A model generated the notes under the pieces. It made no database searches. It saw only the letters and a program-made list of their open reading frames with translations, and had not been told where the DNA came from. From the sequence record OZ346203.1: a stretch of 48,114 bases of DNA. One strand, 5' to 3'. Both the position numbers and the translations under genes were made by a program. Position 1 is the first letter of the stretch; each line of letters begins with the position of its first letter. This DNA comes from a phage. Shown here one piece after another: positions 20,126 through 30,191 of this stretch.

Positions 20126-20404
20126 TTACCCCCAAAAAGTATATATATATCTTGAGTCAGATCCAGAAAGTCCGCTCCATGTAACAGTATCACCGCTTAC
20201 ACCTAAACTTGGAGCGCCAGGATCTCCTCCGCGCCACGAATTCATTCCAACATATATTGCTTTCAACGACTTACCTGGCGGCCTGTTTGAGTAGGTCTTA
20301 CTGCCAGATGATTGAGTAAATTTATCCAAGAAAAAAACTGGAGTTAAAAGGCCAGTAACATTTCTACCTTGCTCATCATATATTGCATACCCATATTCAG
20401 CCAT
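20126..20404 (-). CDS. hypothetical protein (cor operon, middle gene)
   Basis: 92 aa; GAGGTG RBS; overlaps the cor stop by 8 nt. Confidence 0.5.
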   Translation of the reverse strand: MAEYGYAIYDEQGRNVTGLLTPVFFLDKFTQSSGSKTYSNRPPGKSLKAIYVGMNSWRGGDPGAPSLGVSGDTVTWSGLSGSDSRYIYTFWG

Positions 20405-20672
20405 TTTTGCACCTCAAATCAATGAATTTTCTTTCATCTTGCCAACGGTTGATAAATTTAACTTCTTTATTGTCAACGCTCAACCTGTATTGCTTTTGGC
20501 TGAATCTGTTTTCGCGGACAGCATTAATTTTAACCTCATGGAATCCGTTAACAGGGAATGTTTTAACGTTAAATTTTGCCGTGCAATCGATCTCCTTGAA
20601 GTTGCCAGTAGGCGAAGAAGAACATCCGGTCAGAGCGGCTACGGTGGCTATAACTGCGATTAATTTTTTCAT
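20397..20672 (-). CDS. cor: Cor-like superinfection-exclusion lipoprotein (putative)
   Basis: 91 aa from ATG 20672 with AGGAG RBS; signal peptide plus lipobox (AALTGC); small lipoprotein next to the J region as in T1/phi80-type phages. Confidence 0.55.
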   Translation of the reverse strand: MKKLIAVIATVAALTGCSSSPTGNFKEIDCTAKFNVKTFPVNGFHEVKINAVRENRFSQKQYRLSVDNKEVKFINRWQDERKFIDLRCKNG

Positions 20673-20703
20673 CTTCAATACTCCTTAGTTGTTGTTGGCT
20701 GTA

Positions 20704-20746
20704 ACTATACACGATCCGACAAGCTGGGTTTAGCAAAAAGTGCTAC
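20704..20746 (-). promoter_or_regulatory. promoter-like module upstream of cor operon (element variant GTAGCAC-TTT-TTGCTA, 21-bp spacer, TATAGT)
   Basis: TATAGT 20704-20709 on the minus strand, 31 nt upstream of cor ATG. Confidence 0.5.
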
Positions 20747-21116
20747 ATGTTATTTTTTGTTTTACAGTGTTATCTGATTTAAGACGGCGTAAATTTAGCG
20801 CAAATTTTATCCAACATAAGGGCAATAAACAATCAATAAAATAGATATATACATATAAAATCAATAGTTTATTTATGTATGTATGTATATTTGTTTTTTC
20901 TTGTTATCTGTGTTTCTTGTGGTTTTGGTTGTTTGTGGTGATTTTTCTTTCTGAGTATCTGTATGTGCCATCATTCATGTGTATGTATATAATCCGGCGT
21001 ATCTGAGAGAACAAGGGAACAAGAAAAATAACACATATTAATCATTAACTTACGTGTCAGATTTGTTTTCTTGCCATCTGAGAACGTTTAGAAAACAGAA
21101 AAAAACAAAACAACTA

Positions 21117-21144
21117 TTGACTAAATCAACCAAATGGCTACAAT
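21117..21144 (+). promoter_or_regulatory. sigma70-type promoter (TTGACT, 16 bp, TACAAT) for exo-erf-ssb operon
   Basis: near-consensus hexamers; ATG at 21175. Confidence 0.6.
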
Positions 21145-21174
21145 GCACGCACAAAGCAACTAGGAGCATTAAAG

Positions 21175-22230
21175 ATGAGTGATTTTAACGCCTACACTAG
21201 CGAAGAAATGAGCAATGAGCTTTATCATGATCCTAACGCGTGGACGGCTGAATACGTCAGCGGTTCCAGCTTGGCGGAGATTTACAGCACGTGCCCGGCG
21301 TACTGGAAGTACAAGCCTCGCCAGGAAACTAAGGCACTTGTTTTCGGTACGCAGTCGCATACCAATTTTGAAAGCAAGGAGTTATTCGAAAAAACATATC
21401 GCCGCGCACCGTCGCAGGATGATTTTAAAGATCTGATCACAAGTCAAACGGCGTTGGCCTCAAAGCTGAAATCTTTTGGCCTGAAAGGTACAACTGGTAA
21501 GCAATACCCCGAATTGCTGGAAATGCTGTACAAGTGCGGTGAGGATCTCAATGTATGGTGGCTTATCGAAATGATGGCAGAATGCCAGGCCGCAGCGGAC
21601 GGCGTGCAGCTAATCGACGCGAAAGATTATGATGCCTGTGTAGCGATGCGGCGAGTACTTGAGGCAATACCTGAGCATAATGCTTGCATGAATAGCCCAA
21701 CCGCGCAGCGTGAAATGTCAATATTCGGGATCATCAATGGCGTAAAAGTTAAAGTGCGCCTTGATCACGTTGACGTAAACAAGGATGTAAAGGCCACAAT
21801 CATTAACGGTTACGACGAAAAAGGCCGACCGATTTATGAAGAAGTCATCTATCCAGAAGCTGTGATTATCACTGACTATAAAACAACGGTTAGCGCAAAT
21901 CCGGTTGACTTCCAGCGCCTGGCTTACAATCACGGCTATTATCTCAAAATGGCTTTGCAGCATGATTTATTTAAAAAGGCGTATCCAGACGAGGAAAGGC
22001 CAGTAATTGTGAGATTGCTTGCTCAAGAGAAGAAAGAGCCTTACTTGCCGCTCGCATTCCGAATGAACATTGAGCAATTGAAGATCGGTCGCATCCAGTA
22101 CATGAGCGTGATCAACAAGTTCAACGTTTGCCAACAGTTAGATGAATGGCCTTCGTATGCAAACGGGCAACCAGAAATTGATCTTGATACTCCTGATTGG
22201 GTACGCGCTCAATTCAGGCAGTATCTATGA
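21175..22230 (+). CDS. PD-(D/E)XK-type recombination exonuclease (RecE/RecB-nuclease-like)
   Basis: 351 aa; D...ITDYKT nuclease motif; first gene of the exo-erf-ssb operon behind a near-consensus sigma70 promoter. Confidence 0.6.
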   Translation: MSDFNAYTSEEMSNELYHDPNAWTAEYVSGSSLAEIYSTCPAYWKYKPRQETKALVFGTQSHTNFESKELFEKTYRRAPSQDDFKDLITSQTALASKLKSFGLKGTTGKQYPELLEMLYKCGEDLNVWWLIEMMAECQAAADGVQLIDAKDYDACVAMRRVLEAIPEHNACMNSPTAQREMSIFGIINGVKVKVRLDHVDVNKDVKATIINGYDEKGRPIYEEVIYPEAVIITDYKTTVSANPVDFQRLAYNHGYYLKMALQHDLFKKAYPDEERPVIVRLLAQEKKEPYLPLAFRMNIEQLKIGRIQYMSVINKFNVCQQLDEWPSYANGQPEIDLDTPDWVRAQFRQYL

Positions 22231-22291
22231 CAAACCAAATAAATAGCTAAACTTTTATAATGGTTGGTGATATAATTCGCCAACCAGATAA

Positions 22292-22960
<669 letters not shown>

Positions 22961-22965
22961 TAAAC

Positions 22966-22985
22966 GGGGCGCTTGCGCCCCTTTT
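22966..22985 (+). terminator. intrinsic terminator after erf
   Basis: GGGGCGC/GCGCCCC stem plus T4; same stem family as 9885 and 7558 hairpins. Confidence 0.5.
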
Positions 22986-23003
22986 GTCATAGGAGAAAAC
23001 AAA

Positions 23004-23456
23004 ATGCACGTTATTACAGGTGAGATCCGAAAAGAGCCAAAAGTAAAGCAAATGCCTAACGGCAGCACGCTATATGTTGTTGAGCTTTCCGAACGATATA
23101 AAGACCGTGAAGGCAATTGGCAGTATACAAACTATGTATTTTTCTTTAACGCGAAAACAGACGGCCTGAATGGTTGGTATGCTGAGGCGTTCCAGGTAGG
23201 CAAGGTTATTTCTGTTTCCTGCGATACCTTGCGAGTTGAAACGCGAGAATACAACGGAAAGATTTACAGCACCGTGCAGCCTGGCGGATTTGCAAACCTG
23301 CTATTTAGCCAGCGCGGAGAAAGCCAGCAACAATATCAGCAGCGAACACAAGGAGGCTGGGGGCAACCACAGCAGCAACAGCAACAAAACACTCAACAGC
23401 AGCCACAGCAAAGCAATCAGCCTCCGATTGACTTTGACGACGATATACCATTCTGA
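23004..23456 (+). CDS. ssb: single-stranded DNA-binding protein
   Basis: 150 aa from ATG 23004 (track start 22953 is TTG inside a terminator); OB-fold-like N-terminus, Gln/Gly-rich linker, acidic tip DFDDDIPF. Confidence 0.85.
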   Translation: MHVITGEIRKEPKVKQMPNGSTLYVVELSERYKDREGNWQYTNYVFFFNAKTDGLNGWYAEAFQVGKVISVSCDTLRVETREYNGKIYSTVQPGGFANLLFSQRGESQQQYQQRTQGGWGQPQQQQQQNTQQQPQQSNQPPIDFDDDIPF

Positions 23457-23460
23457 TAAC

Positions 23461-23491
23461 AAAAAGCCCCGCATGTGCGGGGCATTTTTTT
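23461..23491. terminator. bidirectional terminator between ssb and tail fibre gene
   Basis: GCCCCGCA/TGCGGGGC hairpin with A5 upstream and T7 downstream. Confidence 0.65.
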
Positions 23492-26120
23492 AGTTAAGAG
23501 TAGTAGGATTGTTGATTAGCTTTGACAGTAAATCTTTTAATTCTGCAACCTCATTTTCAAGTTTGCTTATGCGATCATCACTTTCACGGCATACTTTCAC
23601 AAGCAATCCAGTAACAGCACCATAATCAACAGATAAGAATCTTTCCTCGCCAACTAACTGATTTCCATCCTTAGTTGGACCAGCAAGATCCGTGTACTGA
23701 GTGAATCCGCCAACAGCTTCCGGTATTGCCTCCATTACTTCTTGAGCAATTACCCCAGCATAAGGTAAACCATTCTCCTTAAGCGTGTAAGTGTATCCGC
23801 TCATTTTGCGCAATGATTCAGTCGCGTTTTCAATCTCCTCAATGTTGTCCTTAAGATCTCTGTCAGATACTTGATTGAATGCCGTCGCATTTACAGGGCC
23901 GTTAACTTGAAGATGCTTTGAGTTATCTTTATTTAACTGACCGTAAAAAATCCACCCAGGGCCGTTATCGAAAGCCCACTCAATAACAGACGGTCTATCT
24001 GACCCGTTCCCCCACAATTTGAAACTTGCAGGGTGTGATGAGTTTCCGTCGTTCTGCATATTGAAATACTTACCACTCGGTCGGTCTATCTCTAAACTCG
24101 CCGCCTGTACATATGCTTTTCCCGCAAAGTCTTTCGTACCTAACACAACCCCAGAATCGATAAGTTCAACCTTGCTTTTCGTTATGTCATTTAGAAATAA
24201 CGCACTCGTTCCAGTATCTTTACCTAAAAACCAAAGACGTGTGCCTGCGGAGTTGTACCCTGTTACGTGCAGCGGTTGGTTGTTTGTTGATGCTGTTCCG
24301 TCGATACGAAAACCGCCATTAGCGGTTGTAACTTTAATGCTTGGTACGGTCATAGCGAATGTGCCACTGGCCGCAAGGCCGTTATACGCGATCAGCTTGT
24401 TGTCATACGAAAGGCCGCCATCATCACGCAGCTGTAGCACTTTCTGCGACGTGCGGTTGCGAATGCCAACATCCGTGCCTCCTACAAACATTTCGACGAT
24501 TCGATCACCGCTTTTAGCTCTCACGTAAGCGTTATATTCCGGCGACGACCCCGCGTTATACAACTCGTACCATTTAGACCAGATGCCAGTAGTCGCGTTA
24601 CTAAGCCATCGCATAAAGCGACGCCCGCTATTGTATCCTGTAAACGTCTGTATGCAGCTTTTAGGATCGTTAGCGCCAGTGCGCTGAACAAGTAGACAAC
24701 CTGCTTCCTGAACGGGATAATTACGCTCCGGCGTTGCGTTGGCAGATAAGCTAGTATAATAAAATCCAGCCTTATCACCCTGAAGGATGTTAAGGTCTTC
24801 ACTAACCAACGTTGCCCGGCGCTCATGCATGACCTGAAGGTTTGCGCGCGCTCCCTGGTCGTTCGATGCTCCTGTCCCGCCGTCACCGATCGCCACGTCA
24901 CCATTAGCACCCAGCTTCGCCAGTTCAATGGCACCCACATTTCCAGATGAGCCGTTAATCGCGGCATTGTTTCCAGCGAAAACCTTCACGCGAGAGGTCA
25001 GGTAGTCAACGTTAAACGCAAAAAATGTGTCACCAGCACCCCCGCACACCCCAGGACCATATTTGAACGGCGTCATCTCGCCCGAAGGGAACTGAGAAAT
25101 ATCATCAACGCGCCAAAAGCCGCCTTTGACCGAATCGCGCAACCGCTTGAGCATATCCCTTACGCCAGTCGGCGCAGGTAATGTTACACCCGCATACGGC
25201 ACTCTATTTTGAGCTTCTGAACTTTCAGCAGCAGCCGCTGCGCGATCAGCCTCTGTTTTAGCCTTGTTTGCACTGTTTGCAGCATTAGTTTCCGATGTTT
25301 TAGCGTTTGTTTCAGAAGTCTTCGCGGCACTAGCCGAGTTAGCAGCATTAGTTTCCGATGTTTTAGCCGCATTCTTACTTGCATTAGCTGCATTTTCAGA
25401 TGCTTTGGCATTAGTTTCCGCTGTTTTAGCGTTTGTTTCAGAAGTCTTCGCGGCACTAGCCGAGTTAGCAGCATTAGTTTCCGATGTTTTAGCCGCATTC
25501 TTACTTGCATTAGCTGCATTTTCAGATGCTTTGGCATTAGTTTCCGATGTTTTAGCGTTTGTTTCAGAAGTCTTCGCGGCACTAGCCGAGTTAGCAGCAT
25601 TAGTTTCCGATGTTTTAGCCGCATTCTTACTTGCATTAGCTGCATTTTCAGATGCTTTGGCATTAGTTTCCGATGTTTTAGCGTTTGTTTCAGAAGTCTT
25701 TGCAGCACTAGCGCTCTGTTTTGCTGATTCAGCGCCTTGTTTCACCTGATTCACAAGATCTTTCAACCCATCAAGATCGAAATCTCTAAAAAATTCAAGC
25801 GCGTCAGCAATCTCCGTTTCCTTGCTTTGATAGTAACGCAGTGTTTCCGCTACGTCCTGCGCCAGCCCGTCAACCGTCAACGAGTCATGAAGCAAGATCA
25901 GGTAATTTGTCTTCTGGACTACCGCGCCGCCAGTAGTAATTGCGCGAATGCTTGTATCGCTAATCACCTCTGTAATCACAGCAGCTTGCAAAGGTTGAGT
26001 AAGAAAGAAAATAGTTGCACCTGGGCGAATCAATGTTAATTGCTCACGCCATTTTGTATCGTAACCAGTTACATAACCTTGCGCGTCCATAGACGCTTGG
26101 CCTTGTCTGTAAATCGCCAT
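23490..26120 (-). CDS. tail fibre protein (Stf-like) with C-terminal intramolecular chaperone (peptidase S74-type) domain
   Basis: 876 aa from ATG 26120 with AGGAGG RBS (track start 26144 is GTG inside the conserved element); SETNAK-type repeats; C-terminal S74-type chaperone segment. Confidence 0.8.
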   Translation of the reverse strand: MAIYRQGQASMDAQGYVTGYDTKWREQLTLIRPGATIFFLTQPLQAAVITEVISDTSIRAITTGGAVVQKTNYLILLHDSLTVDGLAQDVAETLRYYQSKETEIADALEFFRDFDLDGLKDLVNQVKQGAESAKQSASAAKTSETNAKTSETNAKASENAANASKNAAKTSETNAANSASAAKTSETNAKTSETNAKASENAANASKNAAKTSETNAANSASAAKTSETNAKTAETNAKASENAANASKNAAKTSETNAANSASAAKTSETNAKTSETNAANSANKAKTEADRAAAAAESSEAQNRVPYAGVTLPAPTGVRDMLKRLRDSVKGGFWRVDDISQFPSGEMTPFKYGPGVCGGAGDTFFAFNVDYLTSRVKVFAGNNAAINGSSGNVGAIELAKLGANGDVAIGDGGTGASNDQGARANLQVMHERRATLVSEDLNILQGDKAGFYYTSLSANATPERNYPVQEAGCLLVQRTGANDPKSCIQTFTGYNSGRRFMRWLSNATTGIWSKWYELYNAGSSPEYNAYVRAKSGDRIVEMFVGGTDVGIRNRTSQKVLQLRDDGGLSYDNKLIAYNGLAASGTFAMTVPSIKVTTANGGFRIDGTASTNNQPLHVTGYNSAGTRLWFLGKDTGTSALFLNDITKSKVELIDSGVVLGTKDFAGKAYVQAASLEIDRPSGKYFNMQNDGNSSHPASFKLWGNGSDRPSVIEWAFDNGPGWIFYGQLNKDNSKHLQVNGPVNATAFNQVSDRDLKDNIEEIENATESLRKMSGYTYTLKENGLPYAGVIAQEVMEAIPEAVGGFTQYTDLAGPTKDGNQLVGEERFLSVDYGAVTGLLVKVCRESDDRISKLENEVAELKDLLSKLINNPTTLN
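25270..25700. repeat. 126-bp tandem repeat (about 3.3 copies, 63-bp sub-period) inside tail fibre gene
   Basis: near-identical units starting about 25318, 25444, 25570; encode 42-aa repeats rich in [20 protein letters not shown]. Confidence 0.85.
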
Positions 26121-26137
26121 TTGTAAAATCCTCCTAA

Positions 26138-26153
26138 ATAGCACTTTTTGCTA
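26138..26153 (-). promoter_or_regulatory. copy of the conserved element abutting the RBS of the tail fibre gene
   Basis: minus-strand TTAGCAAAAAGTGCTAT then AGGAGG and ATG 26120. Confidence 0.35.
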
Positions 26154-26185
26154 ATGACAATGCAGATAATAGCATTTTCAAGTGC

Positions 26186-26210
26186 AAAAAAAAACCCCGC
26201 ATAAGCGGGG
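26186..26210 (-). terminator. intrinsic terminator after primase
   Basis: minus-strand CCCCGC/GCGGGG hairpin followed by T8. Confidence 0.6.
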
Positions 26211-26226
26211 CAATACTAGCGGAGTT

Positions 26227-27156
26227 TTATAGCAGTGATTCGGGCTTGTAGAGTTTTCTTTCTACGCCCTGTTTAAAATTATCGTTAACAGGCATCATTA
26301 TGTCAAGACCTCTTTCCTCTGCCGCGATTATCACATCACGATCATCTTTCCGGCAGACTACGCGCATTCTTCTTTCTCCTTTATATCTATGCGCAACCAT
26401 TTCAAGATTTGAAGGAGTAAAACAGGCCCACACCTCTTGACCAGTTGATAAATGAACGTGTTGGGAGTCAACCCAATCAAGGCACAAATAGATCGTCTTA
26501 TCCGTGCTACCTGTTTTAACAACAGATCCGCGCGTGTAGTCGCGAGCTAAAAACCAATCCTTTCCATCCTCATCAATGAAAAGCACGTTACACATTTCAT
26601 CATCCAGCCCGTCATCATGCACCAGGTGACAAGGTAGCGCGTGAATGTATCGACCATCCTTGACGCCGCAATCATAATGACAATCTTCCGGCGGATATAT
26701 CCCCTCATAAACGCTTAAAGGTGTGCGATCGAATTTTAATGTTTTTGCCATCACTTTTTCGCAGCATTCATGACTTGCCTGTTTCCCGAACGAGTAGCCA
26801 GAAGAACGTGAAGCGCGTTTGTTTGCTCTGATCCTGTAATCTTGTGGCACTTTGCCGAGGAAGCGGCCCAAAATGTTGATGGCCTCGCTGTAAGGTTCGC
26901 CAGTCAATTTCATTAACCAACCGATTCCAGTGTCGTTACCGCACACGTTGCAGATCGCGCCGCCGTCGCCCTCTTCGTTTAGCTTATCAGTCCATCTAAA
27001 ACGATCCTTACCGCCGCAGTGTGGGCAAGGCTGATGCTTTTTGTTGAAAACATCGCTATGCAGTCCGCAAATGCTTTGTAATGCTTCACGCCATAACCCC
27101 TTCATATATGGCAAAACGTCTTCTTTCTGATAGGTCATAAAGTTTTCAGTATTCAT
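26227..27156 (-). CDS. DNA primase (zinc-binding, putative)
   Basis: 309 aa from ATG 27156 with GAGGT RBS; Zn-ribbon CPHCGGKDRF...CNVCGN; followed by terminator. Confidence 0.6.
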   Translation of the reverse strand: MNTENFMTYQKEDVLPYMKGLWREALQSICGLHSDVFNKKHQPCPHCGGKDRFRWTDKLNEEGDGGAICNVCGNDTGIGWLMKLTGEPYSEAINILGRFLGKVPQDYRIRANKRASRSSGYSFGKQASHECCEKVMAKTLKFDRTPLSVYEGIYPPEDCHYDCGVKDGRYIHALPCHLVHDDGLDDEMCNVLFIDEDGKDWFLARDYTRGSVVKTGSTDKTIYLCLDWVDSQHVHLSTGQEVWACFTPSNLEMVAHRYKGERRMRVVCRKDDRDVIIAAEERGLDIMMPVNDNFKQGVERKLYKPESLL

Positions 27157-27166
27157 AGCAACCTCA

Positions 27167-27203
27167 ATAAAAAAGCCCAGCAAATATTATCATTTCGCTG
27201 GGC
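27167..27203 (-). terminator. putative terminator after HTH gene
   Basis: minus-strand GCCCAGC/GCTGGGC stem with long loop, followed by T-rich run. Confidence 0.4.
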
Positions 27204-27210
27204 CTTATCA

Positions 27211-27687
27211 TTAGCTATTCGTGCTGTTATCACCTTTGTAGAATCGTCCGCCTGGTTCGTAGTCTGAATTTTTGACTACGCGCAACATTTCGTATTTGTC
27301 GCAACGGGTAGTAAGGGGCTTACCGTTAGAGTCAAACCGCAGGTCTGGACGACAAAACGAGGCGCGGTATCCTTTGCATCCATTATATTTGTAGTCGTTA
27401 TGCACTTTTTGTGCTCCGGCGGCTGAAATCATACCACGCTTTCGCCATTGGTTAACTACTTGCTGAGATACGCGCAGACGTCGAGCCATAGCAGGAACAC
27501 CGCCGTAATACTCGATCAGAATGTCAAGGCGAGATTTCAGGCTTGCTTTTACCTCATCTCGCAGGATAAGAAATCCGGTTCGGTGTTTTCGTGGCTTTTT
27601 GTCTTTACCTCGTCGCGTTCCGTTGTTACCGTTAATAGTGCGCTTGTCGATCTCACCCGTAGACACTGCAATTCGTGCATCTTTCAT
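27211..27687 (-). CDS. putative HTH DNA-binding protein (Cro/YdaS-like)
   Basis: 158 aa; GAGGTG RBS; basic N-terminus; HTH-like MARRLRVSQQVVNQWRKRG; divergent from helicase. Confidence 0.45.
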   Translation of the reverse strand: MKDARIAVSTGEIDKRTINGNNGTRRGKDKKPRKHRTGFLILRDEVKASLKSRLDILIEYYGGVPAMARRLRVSQQVVNQWRKRGMISAAGAQKVHNDYKYNGCKGYRASFCRPDLRFDSNGKPLTTRCDKYEMLRVVKNSDYEPGGRFYKGDNSTNS

Positions 27688-27698
27688 CTAGTCACCTC

Positions 27699-27742
27699 AT
27701 AGCATTTTTTGTTAAAACAGTTTATTGTAATGAGTCTATTAT
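27699..27742 (+). promoter_or_regulatory. long-spacer promoter-like module (ATAGCAT-TTT-TTGTTA, 22 bp, TATTAT) upstream of helicase
   Basis: conserved element 27699-27714; -10-like TATTAT 27737-27742; ATG 32 nt downstream. Confidence 0.55.
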
Positions 27743-27774
27743 ATACTCCAAATGGCATTTTTTAAAGGTTTAAG

Positions 27775-29772
27775 ATGATTCCAAATATCGAAAAACAAAT
27801 ATCGGCGTTAGGCGAAGCAGTAATAAAAAGCATCCAAGAGCGATTCACGGTTGGCAATATAGTGCCTTATCCTTATCAGTGCGTTGCGTATGCCGAGATC
27901 GCAAAGCGCATGAAAAACTATGAACATCCTTTCTTTGTTAAGGCTTCTGTGTCGGCTGGCAAAACATTGATGTTTGCGATGGTTGCGGCGCAATGCCGCA
28001 AAATGGGATTGAAAATGATGGTGCTTGCTCGCCAGGCTGAAATTGTTGATCAGGATTCGGAAGAGATCAGCAATCTTGGCGTGCCAAACTCAATCTATTG
28101 CGCCGGACTGAAAACAAAAAGCGCATACTTTCCGATCGTAGTCGGTTCTGAGGGCACTGTAGTAAACGGATTGTTTAAGTCGTTAGGTGATTATGTTCCG
28201 CACGTTATCGGTATTGATGAATGTCACCAGGTGGATTGGGAGGATCTCGCGGACGCGATAGAAAATAATGAATCTTACCAGCAGATGACCACTAAGAAGG
28301 ATTTGCCTGTACTGATTGGAGAAGAACAGCAATTTGATTCCAATGGCGATCCAATGTTCGGAACAGGGCGCACACAGTACACCGTAATAATCATGGAAAT
28401 GATGCGCAGGTGTCGCGAGGCATACGGGCACGAATTGCGAATATTCGGTATGACTGGATCTGAGTTTCGCGGCGTGGTTCCAATACTGGTTGAAGATAAG
28501 AACAAAAAGGGATTCTGGCGTGAGCAGGTGACTAACATAGACACAAACTACTTAATCAAATTTGGTTCGGTAGTGCCAACAAATTTCGGCGACGTAGGCG
28601 ACCTGGGGTATGACCTTTCAGAGTTCGAAGCCAGTAGCGAGGATGGCGTTTCAGACTTTGACTCTAAAACATTGCGCAAGATGGAAGAAAAGATCCATCA
28701 AGACGCAACAATGACACAGAAAATCATGGCTAAAGTCCATGAGATATGCAAAGACAGGAACGGAGTTTTAGTTACATGCGCAGGGGAAAGGCACTGCAAG
28801 GAGGCCGCCGCCGCACTGCCGCCAGGCGTTGAATACAGGATCATAACTGGCAAGACTGGAGATAATCAGCGTAAAGAGTGGCTAAGGGAGGCATACGAGG
28901 GAAAAGTAAAATACATCTTCCAGGTACAGGCGCTTACCACTGGCGTTAACGTTCCGTTTTGGGATACTTCGGTAATACTGAGAAAGATAGGATCTCTAAC
29001 ATTGCTTATCCAGCTTTTGGGGCGCGGTATGCGACTGCTTAAGCAATGGCACATTGAGCAGGGATTCAAGAAAAAAGATCATCTTGTATTGGATTTTGCA
29101 GGCACTATGGATGAGTTAGGGGATTTGTATTTCGATCCAATTCTTGAGCAAGCGCAATTTCAAAAGAGATTTACAAACGGGAAAGAGCCTAAGACTTGCC
29201 CGATATGTGGAACACTAAACAGCTTTTACGCTCGCCGATGTATGCACGTAGACGATAACGGGAAACGATGCGAGCATTTTTGGACTTACAGAATTTGCGA
29301 GGACCAGGTAGATCCGAGAACGAAAAAGATAATCAAGCGCGGTTGCGGAACAAAAAACGACGTGGTGGCGAGGGTGTGCCGTTGTTGCGATATTTCTCTT
29401 GTCGATCCTAACGAGAAGTTAAGCGGCAAGCACTACACCAAAAACGATTGGTGCAACGTTAAATCTTTCCGCGTTGATATGACGAAAAACCAAAAAGGAA
29501 TTGTTTTTTGCTATGAGCTTGAGGCCAACGGCGACACGTTCAAGGCATACGAAAGATTTTTCCCTGAGTCAGAAAGCAACATTTGCCGGACGATATGGAG
29601 AAAAATAGCATTGCAGCACATACCGGATCGTAAGATTGCTGGTATGGTGGCGAGCTATAGAAATGCGCGTAAAATAATGTCATACGCTCATCACATCATG
29701 CCGCCTGTACGCGTAACGCATCGCAAAAACGGCAAAGGTGAGGATAACATTGCAAAACGGGAGTTTGTTTAA
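27775..29772 (+). CDS. SF2 DEAD/DEAH-box helicase with C-terminal zinc ribbon
   Basis: 665 aa; Walker A SAGKT, DECH box (GIDECHQ), paired CxxC motifs in C-terminus. Confidence 0.8.
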   Translation: MIPNIEKQISALGEAVIKSIQERFTVGNIVPYPYQCVAYAEIAKRMKNYEHPFFVKASVSAGKTLMFAMVAAQCRKMGLKMMVLARQAEIVDQDSEEISNLGVPNSIYCAGLKTKSAYFPIVVGSEGTVVNGLFKSLGDYVPHVIGIDECHQVDWEDLADAIENNESYQQMTTKKDLPVLIGEEQQFDSNGDPMFGTGRTQYTVIIMEMMRRCREAYGHELRIFGMTGSEFRGVVPILVEDKNKKGFWREQVTNIDTNYLIKFGSVVPTNFGDVGDLGYDLSEFEASSEDGVSDFDSKTLRKMEEKIHQDATMTQKIMAKVHEICKDRNGVLVTCAGERHCKEAAAALPPGVEYRIITGKTGDNQRKEWLREAYEGKVKYIFQVQALTTGVNVPFWDTSVILRKIGSLTLLIQLLGRGMRLLKQWHIEQGFKKKDHLVLDFAGTMDELGDLYFDPILEQAQFQKRFTNGKEPKTCPICGTLNSFYARRCMHVDDNGKRCEHFWTYRICEDQVDPRTKKIIKRGCGTKNDVVARVCRCCDISLVDPNEKLSGKHYTKNDWCNVKSFRVDMTKNQKGIVFCYELEANGDTFKAYERFFPESESNICRTIWRKIALQHIPDRKIAGMVASYRNARKIMSYAHHIMPPVRVTHRKNGKGEDNIAKREFV

Positions 29773-30191
29773 TGGCTATAACTGATAAAGGAGATTATCT
29801 TGAGTTTTACGAAAGAGATCCAACCGACACAAGAAGGGAGGTTAATCACCAGATAGATAGTTTTCAGTGGTTGACTTATGCTCATCCTTACTTGCTGGCG
29901 TGGCATACGGTAAACGAGAATGAGAAGTCTAAAGTAACGGCTATGATTGATCAGCAGTCCGGCTTGGTTAAGGGAGTAAGCGATTTCATCATCCTGATTG
30001 GTTTAAACGGAAAATACCCCTTTGCAGCGATTGAGATCAAACGAGTGAATAAATCAGGCAAGGGGAAAGCATCACCAGTCAGCGATGAGCAAAAGGCTTT
30101 TTTGCGTCGCGTTCGCAGCTTAGGAGGATTCGCTGCGGTAGCCTACGGATTCAATCAGTTTAAGTTGGCTATTGAATACATGCTTAAATAG
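29772..30191 (+). CDS. VRR-NUC domain nuclease (putative)
   Basis: 139 aa; PD-(D/E)XK-like D...E.K core (SDFIILI...AIEIKR); TAATG overlap with helicase. Confidence 0.6.
   Translation: MAITDKGDYLEFYERDPTDTRREVNHQIDSFQWLTYAHPYLLAWHTVNENEKSKVTAMIDQQSGLVKGVSDFIILIGLNGKYPFAAIEIKRVNKSGKGKASPVSDEQKAFLRRVRSLGGFAAVAYGFNQFKLAIEYMLK

Noticed and set aside
19509-20404. Possibility that the 92-aa and 204-aa minus-strand ORFs are one frameshifted gene
   Set aside because: The upstream ORF ends with a clean TAA and the downstream ATG follows 2 nt later with a G-rich SD-like sequence; no slippery site, so the two-gene reading is more parsimonious (not excluded).
20383-20688. Plus-strand ORFs 20383-20688 and 20439-20663
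   Set aside because: Antisense to the cor-like lipoprotein gene, which has a signal peptide, lipobox, RBS and its own promoter module.
25270-25700. Possible CRISPR array because of regular direct repeats
   Set aside because: Units are 126 bp, contiguous with no unique spacers, and lie in frame within a coding sequence; no cas genes.
25184-25749. ORFs 25184-25708 (-) and 25264-25749 (+), low-complexity LKHRKLM and ALAA repeats
   Set aside because: Alternative-frame artefacts of the 126-bp tandem repeats inside the tail fibre gene; only the 23490-26120 frame extends through the flanking non-repetitive domains.
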